From Fibrobacteria bacterium (GTDB taxonomy: Bacteria > Fibrobacterota > Fibrobacteria > UBA11236): a stretch of DNA of 64,000 nucleotides. Numbering within the stretch: the stretch's first letter is position 1; every line of letters begins with the position of its first letter. The position numbers were made by a program, and so were the translations under genes. Below the pieces are notes generated by a model. The model had not been told where the DNA came from. It saw only the letters and a list, made by a program, of their open reading frames with translations, and ran no database searches. Of the stretch, positions 1 to 10,412 are shown in pieces. Location of the stretch: positions 6,190 to 70,189 of the forward strand of contig JADGQO010000076.1 in NCBI GenBank assembly GCA_017881725.1, read 5' to 3'.

Positions 1-68
1 CGCCGCGCCGGTGCCGACGCCATCCTGACCTATGCCGCTATGGAAATGGCGGAGAAGATTCACGGGTG
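1..68 (+). CDS. hemB: porphobilinogen synthase (delta-aminolevulinate dehydratase), C-terminal fragment, 5'-truncated by window edge
   Basis: Frame 1 reads ...RRAGADAILTYAAMEMAEKIHG* (stop 66-68). This closely matches the conserved HemB C-terminus (E. coli ...[23 protein letters not shown]). Confidence 0.6.
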
Positions 69-83
69 AGACTTGGGAAATCA

Positions 84-222
84 AAAGTCAGAAGCTAGAG
101 GTAAAAAGTTAAAATGAGGGATCCGCTGAACCGTCAATGGCCTAGTATAACAACCACGGTGGGATCACTGCATTTTTCTTCACTTTTAACTTTTAACTTC
201 TCCTCTCCGATTTCTGACTTTT
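84..222. repeat. MITE-like inverted-repeat element, family 1, copy A
   Basis: Arm 'aaaagtcagaagctagaggtaaaaagttaaaat' (84-116) is mirrored by 'ttttaacttttaacttctcctctccgatttctgactttt' (184-222). Core 11-mers AAAAGTTAAAA and TTTTAACTTTT are present. The whole ~140-nt unit recurs at 3101-3245. Confidence 0.55.
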
Positions 223-255
223 CCATTCGCCTCGCAGCATTCGCTTAGGTTATCG

Positions 256-1023
256 ATGCTCACCGACTTGCATCTCCACAAATACCTCGAAGGCATGCTC
301 TCCGACGCTGAGAACCAGGAAGTCGAAGCCTTGATCGAGAAAAACCCGGTGATGAAAGCTCGCCTGGAGACATTGAAAAACCAAAGCCTGGTCCTGGGCA
401 AGCCGACTTGGCAACGCGTTCTCTTGGAACGCGGGAATCGCAGCGGCAGCCGCACGCGTTATACCACCTTATTGCCTGCGCTCTTGATGCTGGTAGTGGT
501 GTTGATGGTGACCCAGCATTGGTTCGCGAAGCCGGGTGAAAACTCCACGTTTACAATGAGCGGCGGCAACGGCGAGGCGATGGAATTGCTTTACAACTCC
601 ACCTCGGGTTGGCGGTATCTTGACGTCGGCTTCCGACCCGGTGATACGCTGAGTTTTTCCGTACGCGACGGCGGATCGCATCATGTCGCCGTATACGCGA
701 TATATGGAAAAGGCGAGGGAGCGACGGTCACGCGCCCCTTCAAGGATGATGCGGAGAAGATTTTCTCCAAAGTGTCCGCAAAACCGGTTTTTACTTTGGC
801 CCCACTCTCGCAAGCATCGGCATTAATCAATTCGGCTTCCCATGGCTCTGGAACCACAGCTTCAGAAACTTCCTCCGCCCTACCCTCGCAAATCGTTGTC
901 TGCTATGGGAATAAGCCCCTTACGGAAATTTCCGATGCGAACCTTCTGGAGATTCTCGCGAACCACGGGAACGAGCGCGGTGGCCTGGAATTTCAATATC
1001 AAGTTTTTTCCTCTGGTCATTGA
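256..1023 (+). CDS. hypothetical single-pass membrane protein (anti-sigma-factor-like N-terminus but without the Cys/His zinc ligands)
   Basis: ATG start at 256. One hydrophobic helix (LLPALLMLVVVLMV). No recognisable catalytic motif. Confidence 0.45.
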   Translation: MLTDLHLHKYLEGMLSDAENQEVEALIEKNPVMKARLETLKNQSLVLGKPTWQRVLLERGNRSGSRTRYTTLLPALLMLVVVLMVTQHWFAKPGENSTFTMSGGNGEAMELLYNSTSGWRYLDVGFRPGDTLSFSVRDGGSHHVAVYAIYGKGEGATVTRPFKDDAEKIFSKVSAKPVFTLAPLSQASALINSASHGSGTTASETSSALPSQIVVCYGNKPLTEISDANLLEILANHGNERGGLEFQYQVFSSGH

Positions 1024-1142
1024 TCTCTATATTGAATCAAAATTGACGAGTCATTACGGTAATGGTAATTTGCCAGAGCCGCTTTTACTGTGCATTTGAG
1101 CAGGTGTACAGCGGTCTTAAGACAAATCAGGGAATTTAAGCG

Positions 1143-3095
1143 ATGGCCAAACCCGCCGAAAAGGTGATTAAGAAAGACTCCCCATCCGACAAATCCGGGG
1201 GCTCGTCGTATGACGAGAGCAGCATCAAATCCCTGGATTGGATCGAACATATTCGGCTGAGGCCGGGCATGTATATCGGCAAGTTGGGAAATGGATCGAC
1301 GCCGGATGATGGAATTTACGTCCTGTTCAAGGAAATCCTCGATAACGCCATCGATGAATTCGTCATGGGCGCGGGCAAACAAATCGAAATTTCCATCGGC
1401 GAAGACGGGTCCTGCACCGTCCGCGATTTCGGCCGCGGCATCCCCTTGGGCAAAGTCGTGGACTGCGTGTCCAAGATCAATACCGGCGGCAAATACGACG
1501 GCGACGCGTTTAAAAAAAGCGTAGGCTTGAACGGCGTCGGATCCAAGGCCGTGAATGCGCTCTCCTCGTTTTTCAAAGTGCAATCCTTCCGCGACGGCCG
1601 GACCAAAGTCGCCACCTTTACCAAAGGCAAGCTCAAGGTCGACGAACGCGAGAAAGCCACGGACGAACCCAACGGCACCTTGATCAATTTCATGCCCGAC
1701 CCGGACTTGTTTCCCAAGTTTGCCTGGGTCTCCGAATTCCTGGAAGAGCGCATCTGGTACTACGTGTACCTCAACGCCGGCCTCGGAATTGCTTTTAACG
1801 GCCAGAAATACATTTCCAAAAACGGCCTCCTGGACTTGCTGACACGGCATACGGATGAGACCAAGCGCTATCCCATCATCCACTTCAAGGATGGGGACTT
1901 GGAGGCCGCGCTGACGCATGACAACAGCTATGGCGAACGCTATTACTCCTTCGTGAACGGACAGTTCACCACCGAGGGTGGAACGCATCTGGCCGCTTAC
2001 CGCGAAGGCATTATCCGTGCCTGCAAGGATTTTTACAAAAAGGAATTCGACGCCGCGGACATCCGGGCCTCCATTGTCGGGGCCATCTCCATCCGCATGC
2101 ACGAGCCGATCTTTGAATCGCAGACCAAAACCAAGCTCGGCTCCACCAACTACGACGAGAGTGGCAATTCCCTCCGCACCTGGATCGTGGATTTCACGCG
2201 CAAGCATCTGGAACAATACCTGCATAAGAATCCCGAAACCGCCAAGGAAATGCTGGCCAAAATCCAGCAAAGCGAAAAAGAACGCAAGGAAATGGCCGGC
2301 ATCCGGCGCCTGGCGAACGATCGCGCCAAGAAGGCCAGCCTGCACAATAAGAAGCTGCGGGATTGCAACGTGCATTGGAACTCGACGCATAAGCGCCGCG
2401 AGGATTCCAGCATTTTCATCACGGAAGGCGATTCGGCTTCCGGCTCCATCACCAAGGCTCGGGACGTCAATTACCAAGCCGTATTTTCCCTGAAGGGCAA
2501 GCCTCTCAATTGCTATGGCATGACGAAAAAGGTCGTGTACGAAAACGAGGAGTTCAATCTGCTCCAGCACGCCCTCAACATCGAGGAAGGTCTGGAAGAA
2601 CTGCGTTACAACCGGATCATCGTCGCTACCGACGCCGACGTGGACGGGGCGCATATCCGGCTCCTTTTGCTCACATTCCTATTGCAATTTTTCCCGGAGT
2701 TGATCGCACGCGGTCACGTGTACGTGCTGCAAACGCCGCTGTTCCGGGTGCGGAACAAAAAAGAGACCCATTACTGTTACAACGAGGGGGAAAAGCAAGC
2801 GGCCCTGAAAAAGCTGGGACGTAACGCAGAAATCACCCGCTTCAAAGGCTTGGGCGAAATTTCTCCGGATGAGTTCGAAGGGTTCATAGGCAAGGACATT
2901 CGGCTGGAACCGGTTATCCTTCAGGGCGATACCAAAATCCACGAGGTTTTGGAATATTTCATGGGCAAAAATACTCCCATGCGGCGCGATTTCATCATGG
3001 ACAATCTCCGCGTCGAAGAGGACGTGGTGGAAGACGCCGAGGCGCTCGTGGCCGCGCGGGATGCCGAGGCAGAATCCAAGGCTGGAGCAGAATAG
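1143..3095 (+). CDS. parE: type IIA topoisomerase ATPase subunit B (ParE/GyrB family, 650 aa)
   Basis: GHKL ATPase N-box 'EILDNAIDE'; 'RPGMYIG'; TOPRIM '[10 protein letters not shown]'; '[12 protein letters not shown]'. The length and the short A-subunit partner favour topo IV over gyrase. Confidence 0.85.
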   Translation: MAKPAEKVIKKDSPSDKSGGSSYDESSIKSLDWIEHIRLRPGMYIGKLGNGSTPDDGIYVLFKEILDNAIDEFVMGAGKQIEISIGEDGSCTVRDFGRGIPLGKVVDCVSKINTGGKYDGDAFKKSVGLNGVGSKAVNALSSFFKVQSFRDGRTKVATFTKGKLKVDEREKATDEPNGTLINFMPDPDLFPKFAWVSEFLEERIWYYVYLNAGLGIAFNGQKYISKNGLLDLLTRHTDETKRYPIIHFKDGDLEAALTHDNSYGERYYSFVNGQFTTEGGTHLAAYREGIIRACKDFYKKEFDAADIRASIVGAISIRMHEPIFESQTKTKLGSTNYDESGNSLRTWIVDFTRKHLEQYLHKNPETAKEMLAKIQQSEKERKEMAGIRRLANDRAKKASLHNKKLRDCNVHWNSTHKRREDSSIFITEGDSASGSITKARDVNYQAVFSLKGKPLNCYGMTKKVVYENEEFNLLQHALNIEEGLEELRYNRIIVATDADVDGAHIRLLLLTFLLQFFPELIARGHVYVLQTPLFRVRNKKETHYCYNEGEKQAALKKLGRNAEITRFKGLGEISPDEFEGFIGKDIRLEPVILQGDTKIHEVLEYFMGKNTPMRRDFIMDNLRVEEDVVEDAEALVAARDAEAESKAGAE

Positions 3096-3100
3096 ATTTT

Positions 3101-3245
3101 AAAAGTCAGATAGCAGAAGCAAAAAGTTAAAATTGAAAACTGTAAGAGGAGCATTTGAGACATATTCCAAATAGCAACCATCATGGTGCGAGAGCTCGGT
3201 ACGCTTTGACCTTTGACCTTTCCCTTTTAACTTTTGAATTTTCAC
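3101..3245. repeat. MITE-like inverted-repeat element, family 1, copy B (between topoisomerase subunit genes)
   Basis: 'aaaagtcagatagcagaagcaaaaagttaaaat' is about 85% identical to the copy-A arm. Downstream 'ttttaactttt' (3225-3235) pairs with 'aaaagttaaaa' (3122-3132). The central segment is also alignable to copy A. Confidence 0.5.
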
Positions 3246-3276
3246 AACGCCCAGTAAGTCCCCTTTGAAGGATCCC

Positions 3277-5268
3277 ATGGCTGCCAATACCCTCAAGGAC
3301 CATATCCCCCATGTTCAGGACATGTACAAGGAGTACTTCCTGGATTACGCCTCCTATGTGATTACCGATCGCGCCGTGCCGCATCTGGCGGACGGACTTA
3401 AGCCCGTGCAGCGCCGCATCCTGCACAGTCTGCGCCAAGAGGAAGATGGCCGGTTCCACAAGGTCGCGAATATCATTGGCCAGACCATGAAATACCATCC
3501 TCACGGGGACGCGGCCATCGGCGACGCGCTCGTGAACCTGGGGCAAAAGAACTTGCTCATCGACACGCAAGGAAACTGGGGCGACCCGATGACCGGCGAC
3601 AGTGCGGCCGCCGCGCGTTATATCGAGGCCAAGCTCAGTAAATTCGCGCTCGACGTGGCTTTCAATCCGGCCACCACCACCTGGCAACGATCCTACGACG
3701 GGCGCAATCTGGAACCCGTTTTATTGCCCATGAAATTCCCGTTGCTGCTGGCGCAAGGCGCGGAAGGCATCGCCGTGGGCCTCGCCACCAAAATCGTCCC
3801 GCACAACTTCATCGAATTGATCGAATGCTGCATCGCGGTCCTGAAAAAGGAAAAGTTCAAGCTCCGGCCGGACTTCCCCACCGGCGGCTTGGTTGACATA
3901 TCCAACTACAATGACGGGCAAAGCGGCGGCAAGCTCAAGGTGCGCGCCAAAATCATCCAGGTGGACGCGCGGACTTTGGCCATCACGCACATTCCTTTCG
4001 GCACCACCACGGGAACCCTGATCGATTCCATCGTCACGGCCAATGACAAGGGCAAAATCAAAATCAAACGCATTGAGGATAAGACCGCCCGGGACGTGGA
4101 AATCGTCATTCATCTCCCGCCCGGATCCGATCCCGACAAGTCCGTCGACGCGCTGTACGCCTTCACGGATTGCGAATCTTCCATCTCGCCCAATTGCTGC
4201 GTCATCTTCGAGAACAAACCGGTTTTCGTCGGCGTCTCGGAGCTGTTGGAACTGAGCGTGCAGAATACCGTCAAGCTGCTCAAATCCGAGTTGGAAATCC
4301 GCAAGCAGGACTTATCCGAGAAATGGCATTTCAAGTCCCTGGAAAAGGTCTTCATCGAGGAACGGATTTACCGTCAAATCGAAAAATGCGAGACCTGGGA
4401 AGCCATCATCGAAACGATAGACAAGGGACTCCGTCCTTTCCGGAAGCAATTCGTCCGGGACGTCACAGTTGACGATATTACGCGCCTCACCGAAATCCGC
4501 ATCAAGCGCATCTCTCGCTTCGACGGTTTCAAGGCGGACGAGGAGATGCTGGTCCTGCAAAAGGAAATCGGGGAGACGGAAAAGAATCTCAAAAGCCTGA
4601 CCAAGTACGCTATCGGTTATTACGAAGACCTGATGGCCAAATACGGGAAAGGCCGCGAGCGTAAAACTAAGATTTCCCGCTTCGATGAAATCGATGCTTC
4701 CGAAGTGATCCTGTCCAACCTCAAGGTCTACATGGATCGCGAAAACGGCTTCGTAGGCACATCCGTACGCGACGGCGAGCTCATCGGCGACAACTTTTCC
4801 TCCATGGACGAAGTCATCGCCTTCAAGGAAGACGGCACCTTTGCGGTAACCAAGGTGGGCGATAAAAATTTCGTGGGCAACAAGATTATCTCGGCGGCGA
4901 AATTCGATCGCGCGGACGATCAAACGGTTTACAACATGCTCTACCGCGATGGCCGCGGCGGCGCGCTCCTGGCCAAACGCTTCCAGGTGGGTGGTATTAC
5001 GCGCGACAAGCAGTACGATTTGACCAAGGGAAGCCCCCAGAGCAAGGTCTGGTATTTGGAAGTGCAGCCCAAGGGCCTTGTCGACAAGGTGATGGTCACT
5101 TTGATCCCGCAACCGCGCATCAAGACCGAAGTGCCCGTGAACTTCGAAGAATTCGAAGTGCGGGCGCGAGGTACCAATGGCGCCATCGTAACCAAATATG
5201 CGGTGAAAAAGGTGGAGCGCAGGACCAAATTACGCGAACCGGAAGATGAAAAGGGCGGAAAGAAATAA
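3277..5268 (+). CDS. parC: type IIA topoisomerase subunit A (ParC/GyrA family) with a shortened C-terminal domain
   Basis: Track start 3265 is TTG; first ATG is 3277 with GAAGGA upstream. Active-site 'AAARYIEAKL' (catalytic Tyr) and 'GLKPVQRRIL' are present. Only ~180 aa of C-terminal domain follow the coiled-coil, and no GyrA box is seen. Confidence 0.8.
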   Translation: MAANTLKDHIPHVQDMYKEYFLDYASYVITDRAVPHLADGLKPVQRRILHSLRQEEDGRFHKVANIIGQTMKYHPHGDAAIGDALVNLGQKNLLIDTQGNWGDPMTGDSAAAARYIEAKLSKFALDVAFNPATTTWQRSYDGRNLEPVLLPMKFPLLLAQGAEGIAVGLATKIVPHNFIELIECCIAVLKKEKFKLRPDFPTGGLVDISNYNDGQSGGKLKVRAKIIQVDARTLAITHIPFGTTTGTLIDSIVTANDKGKIKIKRIEDKTARDVEIVIHLPPGSDPDKSVDALYAFTDCESSISPNCCVIFENKPVFVGVSELLELSVQNTVKLLKSELEIRKQDLSEKWHFKSLEKVFIEERIYRQIEKCETWEAIIETIDKGLRPFRKQFVRDVTVDDITRLTEIRIKRISRFDGFKADEEMLVLQKEIGETEKNLKSLTKYAIGYYEDLMAKYGKGRERKTKISRFDEIDASEVILSNLKVYMDRENGFVGTSVRDGELIGDNFSSMDEVIAFKEDGTFAVTKVGDKNFVGNKIISAAKFDRADDQTVYNMLYRDGRGGALLAKRFQVGGITRDKQYDLTKGSPQSKVWYLEVQPKGLVDKVMVTLIPQPRIKTEVPVNFEEFEVRARGTNGAIVTKYAVKKVERRTKLREPEDEKGGKK

Positions 5269-5290
5269 GGTAACCGAGAGGTTACCTGGG
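5269..5290. terminator. short hairpin GGTAACC-GAGA-GGTTACC between convergent parC and dps
   Basis: Perfect 7-bp stem immediately after the parC stop. No strong U-tract, so it is a weak bidirectional terminator candidate. Confidence 0.3.
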
Positions 5291-5349
5291 TAAGTACAGC
5301 GCCAATGGGGCCATTGCCTCAATCCCCACCGCGCGCCTTGGCTACTCGC

Positions 5350-5871
5350 TTATCGCCCTGCCTGCGCGTGGGCTTCCACGAACCACAGCCACTTGTCGAT
5401 GCCGCGGGAAACCTCGGTAAAAATATCGGCCGTATCAAAATCTTTCAACTCGGTACTTTCCGGAATGGATTCCCGAACCTCGGCGCCGAACCGGGACAAT
5501 GCCCCAGCCACGGCATGGACATGGGCCGACCCATCCGCAATCGCCAAGGGATACTCGGACAATTTTGAACGCTTCGCCGATACCCGCACCGTGCCTTCCG
5601 CGATGCCGCCCAATTGCACGATGCGTTCCGCCAGCGTATCGGCGTAAACGCCGACGGCTTCCGTAACTTTATCGAAAAGCTCGTGCAAGGCGATGAAATT
5701 CGGGCCCTTTACGTTCCAATGCGCCTGTTTCAATTGCATCTGTAAATCTACCGCGTCGGCAAGCCGGAGGTTCAACAGGGCGTTCAAGGCCTCGCGCCGG
5801 TCCTTGTCGATATCGTTTTGGGTCTCGTACATCTTCTTGGTCGTGTTCGATTCAGCGGTTTTTGTGATCAT
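5350..5871 (-). CDS. dps: Dps family DNA-protecting ferritin-like protein
   Basis: Track start at 5910 is GTG. First ATG (5871) is preceded by GGAGGG. 'LNALLNLRLADAVDLQMQLKQAHWNVKGPNFIALHELFD' is the Dps ferroxidase-region signature. Confidence 0.85.
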   Translation of the reverse strand: MITKTAESNTTKKMYETQNDIDKDRREALNALLNLRLADAVDLQMQLKQAHWNVKGPNFIALHELFDKVTEAVGVYADTLAERIVQLGGIAEGTVRVSAKRSKLSEYPLAIADGSAHVHAVAGALSRFGAEVRESIPESTELKDFDTADIFTEVSRGIDKWLWFVEAHAQAGR

Positions 5872-5991
5872 GCCGTTTTCCCTCCGGTTCCTGAATGCAT
5901 TCGGCGCCACACGGTTATTCGTAAACGCCTGAGGAATCCTTGCCGTGAAAATGTGCTCCAGCCCGCTCCGGGGAAATGGGGTTTAAACCCC

Positions 5992-8900
5992 ATGTTTACC
6001 GAATGCCGTCATAACTATTTCCTCGATGAAAACCGGACTAAGGCAAGCGTCCTTTCCGAATCCCTTAACAAGGCATTGTGCATGGTACTAGCCGCGCCCC
6101 TAAAAGACGCCGAATCTGTCGTTGCGGAGAACCGGTTCGTTCCGGTCGTCGACATCGGCGCCTCAGCGGGAGGCCTGGAGGCCTTCACGCAATTGTTGGG
6201 AAATTTACCCGCCCAATCGGGCATGGCATACGTGCTTATCCAACATTTGGAAGCGGCGCATGAAAGCCATCTGGCGGAAATTCTTTCGAAAACAACTTCG
6301 CTACCTGTGTTGGAAGTTACTGACGGCATGGCTGTCGCCCCTGACCACGTTTATGTCATCCCATCCAATGCAAACCTGGCTATTTCCCATGGCATTCTTC
6401 AACTCACGTCACGGGAAGAGTCGCCCGGAACGCATTTGCCCATCGATTTTTTTCTGCGGTCGCTGGCGCATGACAACCAAAAGAATGCCATCGGCGTGGT
6501 TTTGTCCGGTACTGGATCGGACGGCACCTTGGGACTGGCGGAAATCAAGGCGGCGGGAGGCATCACTTTCACGCAGGATGAATCCTCCTCAAAATTTCCC
6601 GCCATGCCGGTCAATGCTGCGGCTCAAGGCGGTGTGGACTTTATTTTGCACCCGGGAGAGATCGCGGACGAACTGGCGCGCATCGGCAGACACGCCTACC
6701 TGGGCATATCACCCGATTCCCCGGACGGGGCTTTTTCCGAATCCATGGCTGATTATGTCTCCATTGTCGCCCACTTGCGGGAATATTCGGGCGTGGACTT
6801 CAGCAATTACCGCGACTCCACCTTGCGTCGGCGCATCCTGAGACGCATGGCGGTAGGCAAGCTGGATAAACTTTCCGACTACGCCCAACGACTGAAGGCT
6901 GACCCGGTGGAAATGAAAGCCTTGTACCAGGATATCCTCATCCATGTCACACGGTTTTTTCGGGACGGCGAAGTCTTCGCGGCCCTCGCGACATCGGCAC
7001 TGCCGGCCATCCAAAAATCCAAGGCTCCGGGAGACACCATACGGGTTTGGGTCGCGGGCTGCGCGACGGGCCAAGAGGCCTATTCCATCGCCATCGCCCT
7101 TAGGGAATTCCAAGACGGCCAGGAAGTGCGCTGCACCATCCGCATTTTCGCCAGTGACATCAGCGAGTCCCCGTCCTTGGAGCGGGCCAGGGCCGGCTAC
7201 TATCCCGAAACCATCGAACAGGATGTTTCCGCAGATCGTCTACGCCGCTTTTTCCGGAAAGAGGAAAACGGCTACCGCATCTGCAGGGAAATCCGGGAAA
7301 TGTGCACCTTCGCCAAGCATGACGTGACGGCCGATCCGCCCTTCGCAAAACTGGATTTAATCAGCTGCCGAAACGTACTCATCTATTTTTCGGCATCCTT
7401 GCAGCGGCGAATCATTTCCGCATTCCACTACGCCTTGATCCCCGGCGGATTTCTTCTGCTGGGAAATTCCGAAACCATCGGACGGGATACGGATCTTTTC
7501 GATCCAATCGATCCCCAACGAAAAATCTATGTCCGAAAAATGGCCGCGGTCCGGTTGCCGGTACTCGTCCCCAAAGGTGTGGAAGTGAAAACCAAGGGCA
7601 AGGCCAAATCCAACCTACGCATGCCCACGCCGTTGGACTTCCAGCAAGCGGCCGATCGCTTGTTGTTGCGGAAATTCGTACCGCCCGGAGTGCTGGTCAA
7701 CAAGGATATGGACGTCCTGCAATTCCGTGGCCGCACCAGCCCTTTCCTGGAATTGCCGCAAGCGGGAACCACCTTGAACCTCGCCCGGATGGCGCAGGAA
7801 AGCCTTTCGTTGGAATTGCTCAAGGCGATTCAGGAATGCGAAAAGTCCGGCGCTCCGGTGCATAGGCCGGGGCTGAGCATCATGGATTGCAATCTGCTCC
7901 GCAAGGTCGATGTGGAAGTGCAACCCCTCACCGTGCCCGGAGCGGGCGAAGTCTGTTACCTGGTTCTCTTCGACGAATCGGAAAAACCCATCCCGGTCTC
8001 CACGCCAGCGCGTGAGGGTGGCCCGGACGAAGGGAAGCTGTCCCAACTACTCCTGGAACTTGCCGCGGCGCGCGAGCATTTGCAGACCTTGCGCGAGCAA
8101 TGCGAAGTCGTGAACGAAGAGATGAAATCCTCTTCCGAGGAAATGGAATCCAGCAACGAGGAATTGCAAAGCACCAATGAGGAGTTGGAAACCGCGAAGG
8201 AGGAACTGCAATCCGGCAATGAAGAGCTGGGCACCATGAACGAGGAACTGCGTTCACGGAACCAGGAGCTGGGGCGACTCAACGATGATTTGACCAACTT
8301 ACTGCGAAGCGTGCAAATCCCCATCGTCATGTTGGGAGCCGATCTAGCCATCCGCCGCTTCACGCCCGCTGCGGCCGAGGCCTGGCGCTTGACGACGGCG
8401 GACATCGGGAAGCCCATCGGCAAGGTGAAGATTCCCATCCCGAATTTCGATTTGCAAAAACTCGTTCGGGACGTGATGGCATCGCCGTCCCACGAGGTTG
8501 CTTCCCTGGAAATTCGCGATCAGGACGGCCACTGGTTCGCCTTGAAAATCCACCCCTACCATGCCGCCGATGATTCCATAGACGGGGCTTTGGTGGTGGT
8601 CCTGGACATCGACGAATTGAAACAAACGCAACAGCGCCTTAAGAACAGCGGCGACTTCGCCCGTTCCATCGTGGACACGGTGCGGGAACCGCTTCTCATC
8701 CTGGAAAAGGATTTACGCATCCATTCCGCCAACCTTTCCTATTACCACCTGTTCGGTGGCTTGCCCCAGGATACCGAAGGAGTGTCCATTCAGGCCGTGG
8801 GCGGAGGCAGGTGGAGCATACCGGAACTGGTTGCCCGGTTGCAAAAGTCTCCCGATTCGGAAAAGCCTTTTGAAGACTTCGAAGTGGTATACGGCCCACC

Positions 8901-10224
8901 GGAAGGCCGCCAATCCACGTACTCGTTGAATGCCAGGCGGCTGCTGGAAAACGGCGGCAATACAACTTACACGCTCCTGGCGATCAACGACATCACCGAA
9001 CGCGTACGCGCCCAAGCCGCCCAGAAGGATAACGAAGAAAAACTACGTCAATCCCAACGCATGGAAGCCATCGGTAGGCTGGCCGGAGGAGTGGCCCATG
9101 ACTTCAACAACCTGCTGACGATCATCAATGGATACGGCTCATTGTGCCTCAGCCTCATGCCGGAAGACGGCGACCTCCATAAACATATGAAGGAAATCCT
9201 GAAAGCCGGAGACCTGGCCGCTGCCCTAACCGGACAATTGCTGGCCTATAGCCGCAAGCAGGTGCTGATGGCCCGTTCCTTGAACCTGAACGAAATCGTC
9301 GCCAATATGCACAGCATGCTGACGCGATTGATCGGCGAGCGGTACAGCCTCGTTCTGGAACTGGACGACGCGCTAAACCATGTCAAGGCGGACCCGGGAC
9401 AAATGGAACAGGTAATGGTGAATTTGATTGTGAATGCGCGCGACGCGTCGCCCAGCGGAGGCGACATCACGGTGAAAACGGAAAATGCCAACGTCGATGC
9501 GGCGGATGCACATTTGACCAGCATGGGGCTGCGGGGAGATTATGTGGTCCTATCCGTCAAGGATAGCGGTATCGGCATGGACGCGGACATGCAAAAGCAC
9601 ATTTTCGATCCATTTTTCACAACCAAGGAGATTGGCAAAGGCACCGGCCTCGGCCTGTCCGTGGTCCAAGGCATCGTATCCCAAAGCGAGGGGTATGTCG
9701 CGGTGGAAAGCAAACCGGATATCGGATCTACTTTCAAAATCTACCTCCCGCGTGAAGCCTCCAACGCCTCTCCAAAACTTCCGAAGAATGAAAAGCCGAT
9801 CGCCCAATCCAACGGGACGGAAACCATTCTACTGGTAGAAGATGAAGAAGCCGTACGAAATTTGATACAGAAAATCCTCGCCATGAACGGCTACACGGTC
9901 CTGGAAGCCGAAAGCGGAAAAGCCGCCTTGCGCCTCAATGAGAAACACAAAAAAAAGACGATTCAGCTCCTGCTTACCGATATGGTAATGCCTGGAATGG
10001 GCGGACGGGAGGTAGCCGATCTGTTCATGAAGACCCGTCCGGAAAGTAGCGTGTTGTTCATGTCCGGATATACCGAGGACGCCATATTCAACCACACCGG
10101 CGTGCTCCGAAAAGATCAGAATTTCATTCCGAAGCCGTTCACACCCACCGCTCTGGCGAATGCGGTCCGCGAAGTCCTGGATTTTGCGCGCGAACCGCTC
10201 GCGCGCGAAGCCGTGAAGGAATGA
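5992..10224 (+). CDS. multidomain signalling protein: CheB methylesterase - CheR methyltransferase - coiled coil - PAS x2-3 - HisKA - HATPase_c - receiver
   Basis: Track start 5818 is TTG and overlaps dps; the first ATG is 5992 and the next is 6082. CheB '[10 protein letters not shown]...[10 protein letters not shown]' is not preceded by a REC domain. CheR '[16 protein letters not shown]'. H-box '[14 protein letters not shown]' (~9100). G-box 'GTGLGLSVV'. REC '[13 protein letters not shown]'. A heptad tract xNEELxS repeats 8 times at ~8095-8290. Confidence 0.8.
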   Translation: MFTECRHNYFLDENRTKASVLSESLNKALCMVLAAPLKDAESVVAENRFVPVVDIGASAGGLEAFTQLLGNLPAQSGMAYVLIQHLEAAHESHLAEILSKTTSLPVLEVTDGMAVAPDHVYVIPSNANLAISHGILQLTSREESPGTHLPIDFFLRSLAHDNQKNAIGVVLSGTGSDGTLGLAEIKAAGGITFTQDESSSKFPAMPVNAAAQGGVDFILHPGEIADELARIGRHAYLGISPDSPDGAFSESMADYVSIVAHLREYSGVDFSNYRDSTLRRRILRRMAVGKLDKLSDYAQRLKADPVEMKALYQDILIHVTRFFRDGEVFAALATSALPAIQKSKAPGDTIRVWVAGCATGQEAYSIAIALREFQDGQEVRCTIRIFASDISESPSLERARAGYYPETIEQDVSADRLRRFFRKEENGYRICREIREMCTFAKHDVTADPPFAKLDLISCRNVLIYFSASLQRRIISAFHYALIPGGFLLLGNSETIGRDTDLFDPIDPQRKIYVRKMAAVRLPVLVPKGVEVKTKGKAKSNLRMPTPLDFQQAADRLLLRKFVPPGVLVNKDMDVLQFRGRTSPFLELPQAGTTLNLARMAQESLSLELLKAIQECEKSGAPVHRPGLSIMDCNLLRKVDVEVQPLTVPGAGEVCYLVLFDESEKPIPVSTPAREGGPDEGKLSQLLLELAAAREHLQTLREQCEVVNEEMKSSSEEMESSNEELQSTNEELETAKEELQSGNEELGTMNEELRSRNQELGRLNDDLTNLLRSVQIPIVMLGADLAIRRFTPAAAEAWRLTTADIGKPIGKVKIPIPNFDLQKLVRDVMASPSHEVASLEIRDQDGHWFALKIHPYHAADDSIDGALVVVLDIDELKQTQQRLKNSGDFARSIVDTVREPLLILEKDLRIHSANLSYYHLFGGLPQDTEGVSIQAVGGGRWSIPELVARLQKSPDSEKPFEDFEVVYGPPEGRQSTYSLNARRLLENGGNTTYTLLAINDITERVRAQAAQKDNEEKLRQSQRMEAIGRLAGGVAHDFNNLLTIINGYGSLCLSLMPEDGDLHKHMKEILKAGDLAAALTGQLLAYSRKQVLMARSLNLNEIVANMHSMLTRLIGERYSLVLELDDALNHVKADPGQMEQVMVNLIVNARDASPSGGDITVKTENANVDAADAHLTSMGLRGDYVVLSVKDSGIGMDADMQKHIFDPFFTTKEIGKGTGLGLSVVQGIVSQSEGYVAVESKPDIGSTFKIYLPREASNASPKLPKNEKPIAQSNGTETILLVEDEEAVRNLIQKILAMNGYTVLEAESGKAALRLNEKHKKKTIQLLLTDMVMPGMGGREVADLFMKTRPESSVLFMSGYTEDAIFNHTGVLRKDQNFIPKPFTPTALANAVREVLDFAREPLAREAVKE

Positions 10225-10412
10225 AATGGAGACGATAGTGTCCCTTTTACGCCAACCCGGCTATCCTGAAAATGAGAACTTGGATTTCACATTCGCGAAA
10301 CCTTGTTTAGTCAAAGACAAGCAGCGAGATTATCCAGCGAGGAAAGGAACCGTACTTGGACAAATCAACTTTTCCATCCCAGCGTCCTTTTTTCGGATCC
10401 ACAATTAAAACC

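Noticed and set aside
1017-2654. 545-aa minus-strand ORF covering most of the topoisomerase B-subunit gene
   Set aside because: It is antisense to a gene with unmistakable GHKL/TOPRIM motifs. Its Gly/Ala/Val/His-rich, motif-free translation is typical of a shadow ORF in GC-rich coding DNA.
4312-5112. 266-aa minus-strand ORF inside parC
   Set aside because: Antisense shadow of a well-supported gene; no motifs.
5818-5991. Track-proposed N-terminal extensions beginning at non-ATG codons (5818 TTG; also 3265 TTG, 5910 GTG, 10356 TTG, 33089 TTG, 57582 TTG)
   Set aside because: In each case the first in-frame ATG is preceded by a purine-rich RBS and gives a family-typical N-terminus (for example MCGICG for AsnB and MITKT for Dps). 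The 5818 extension would also overlap dps by about 90 nt.
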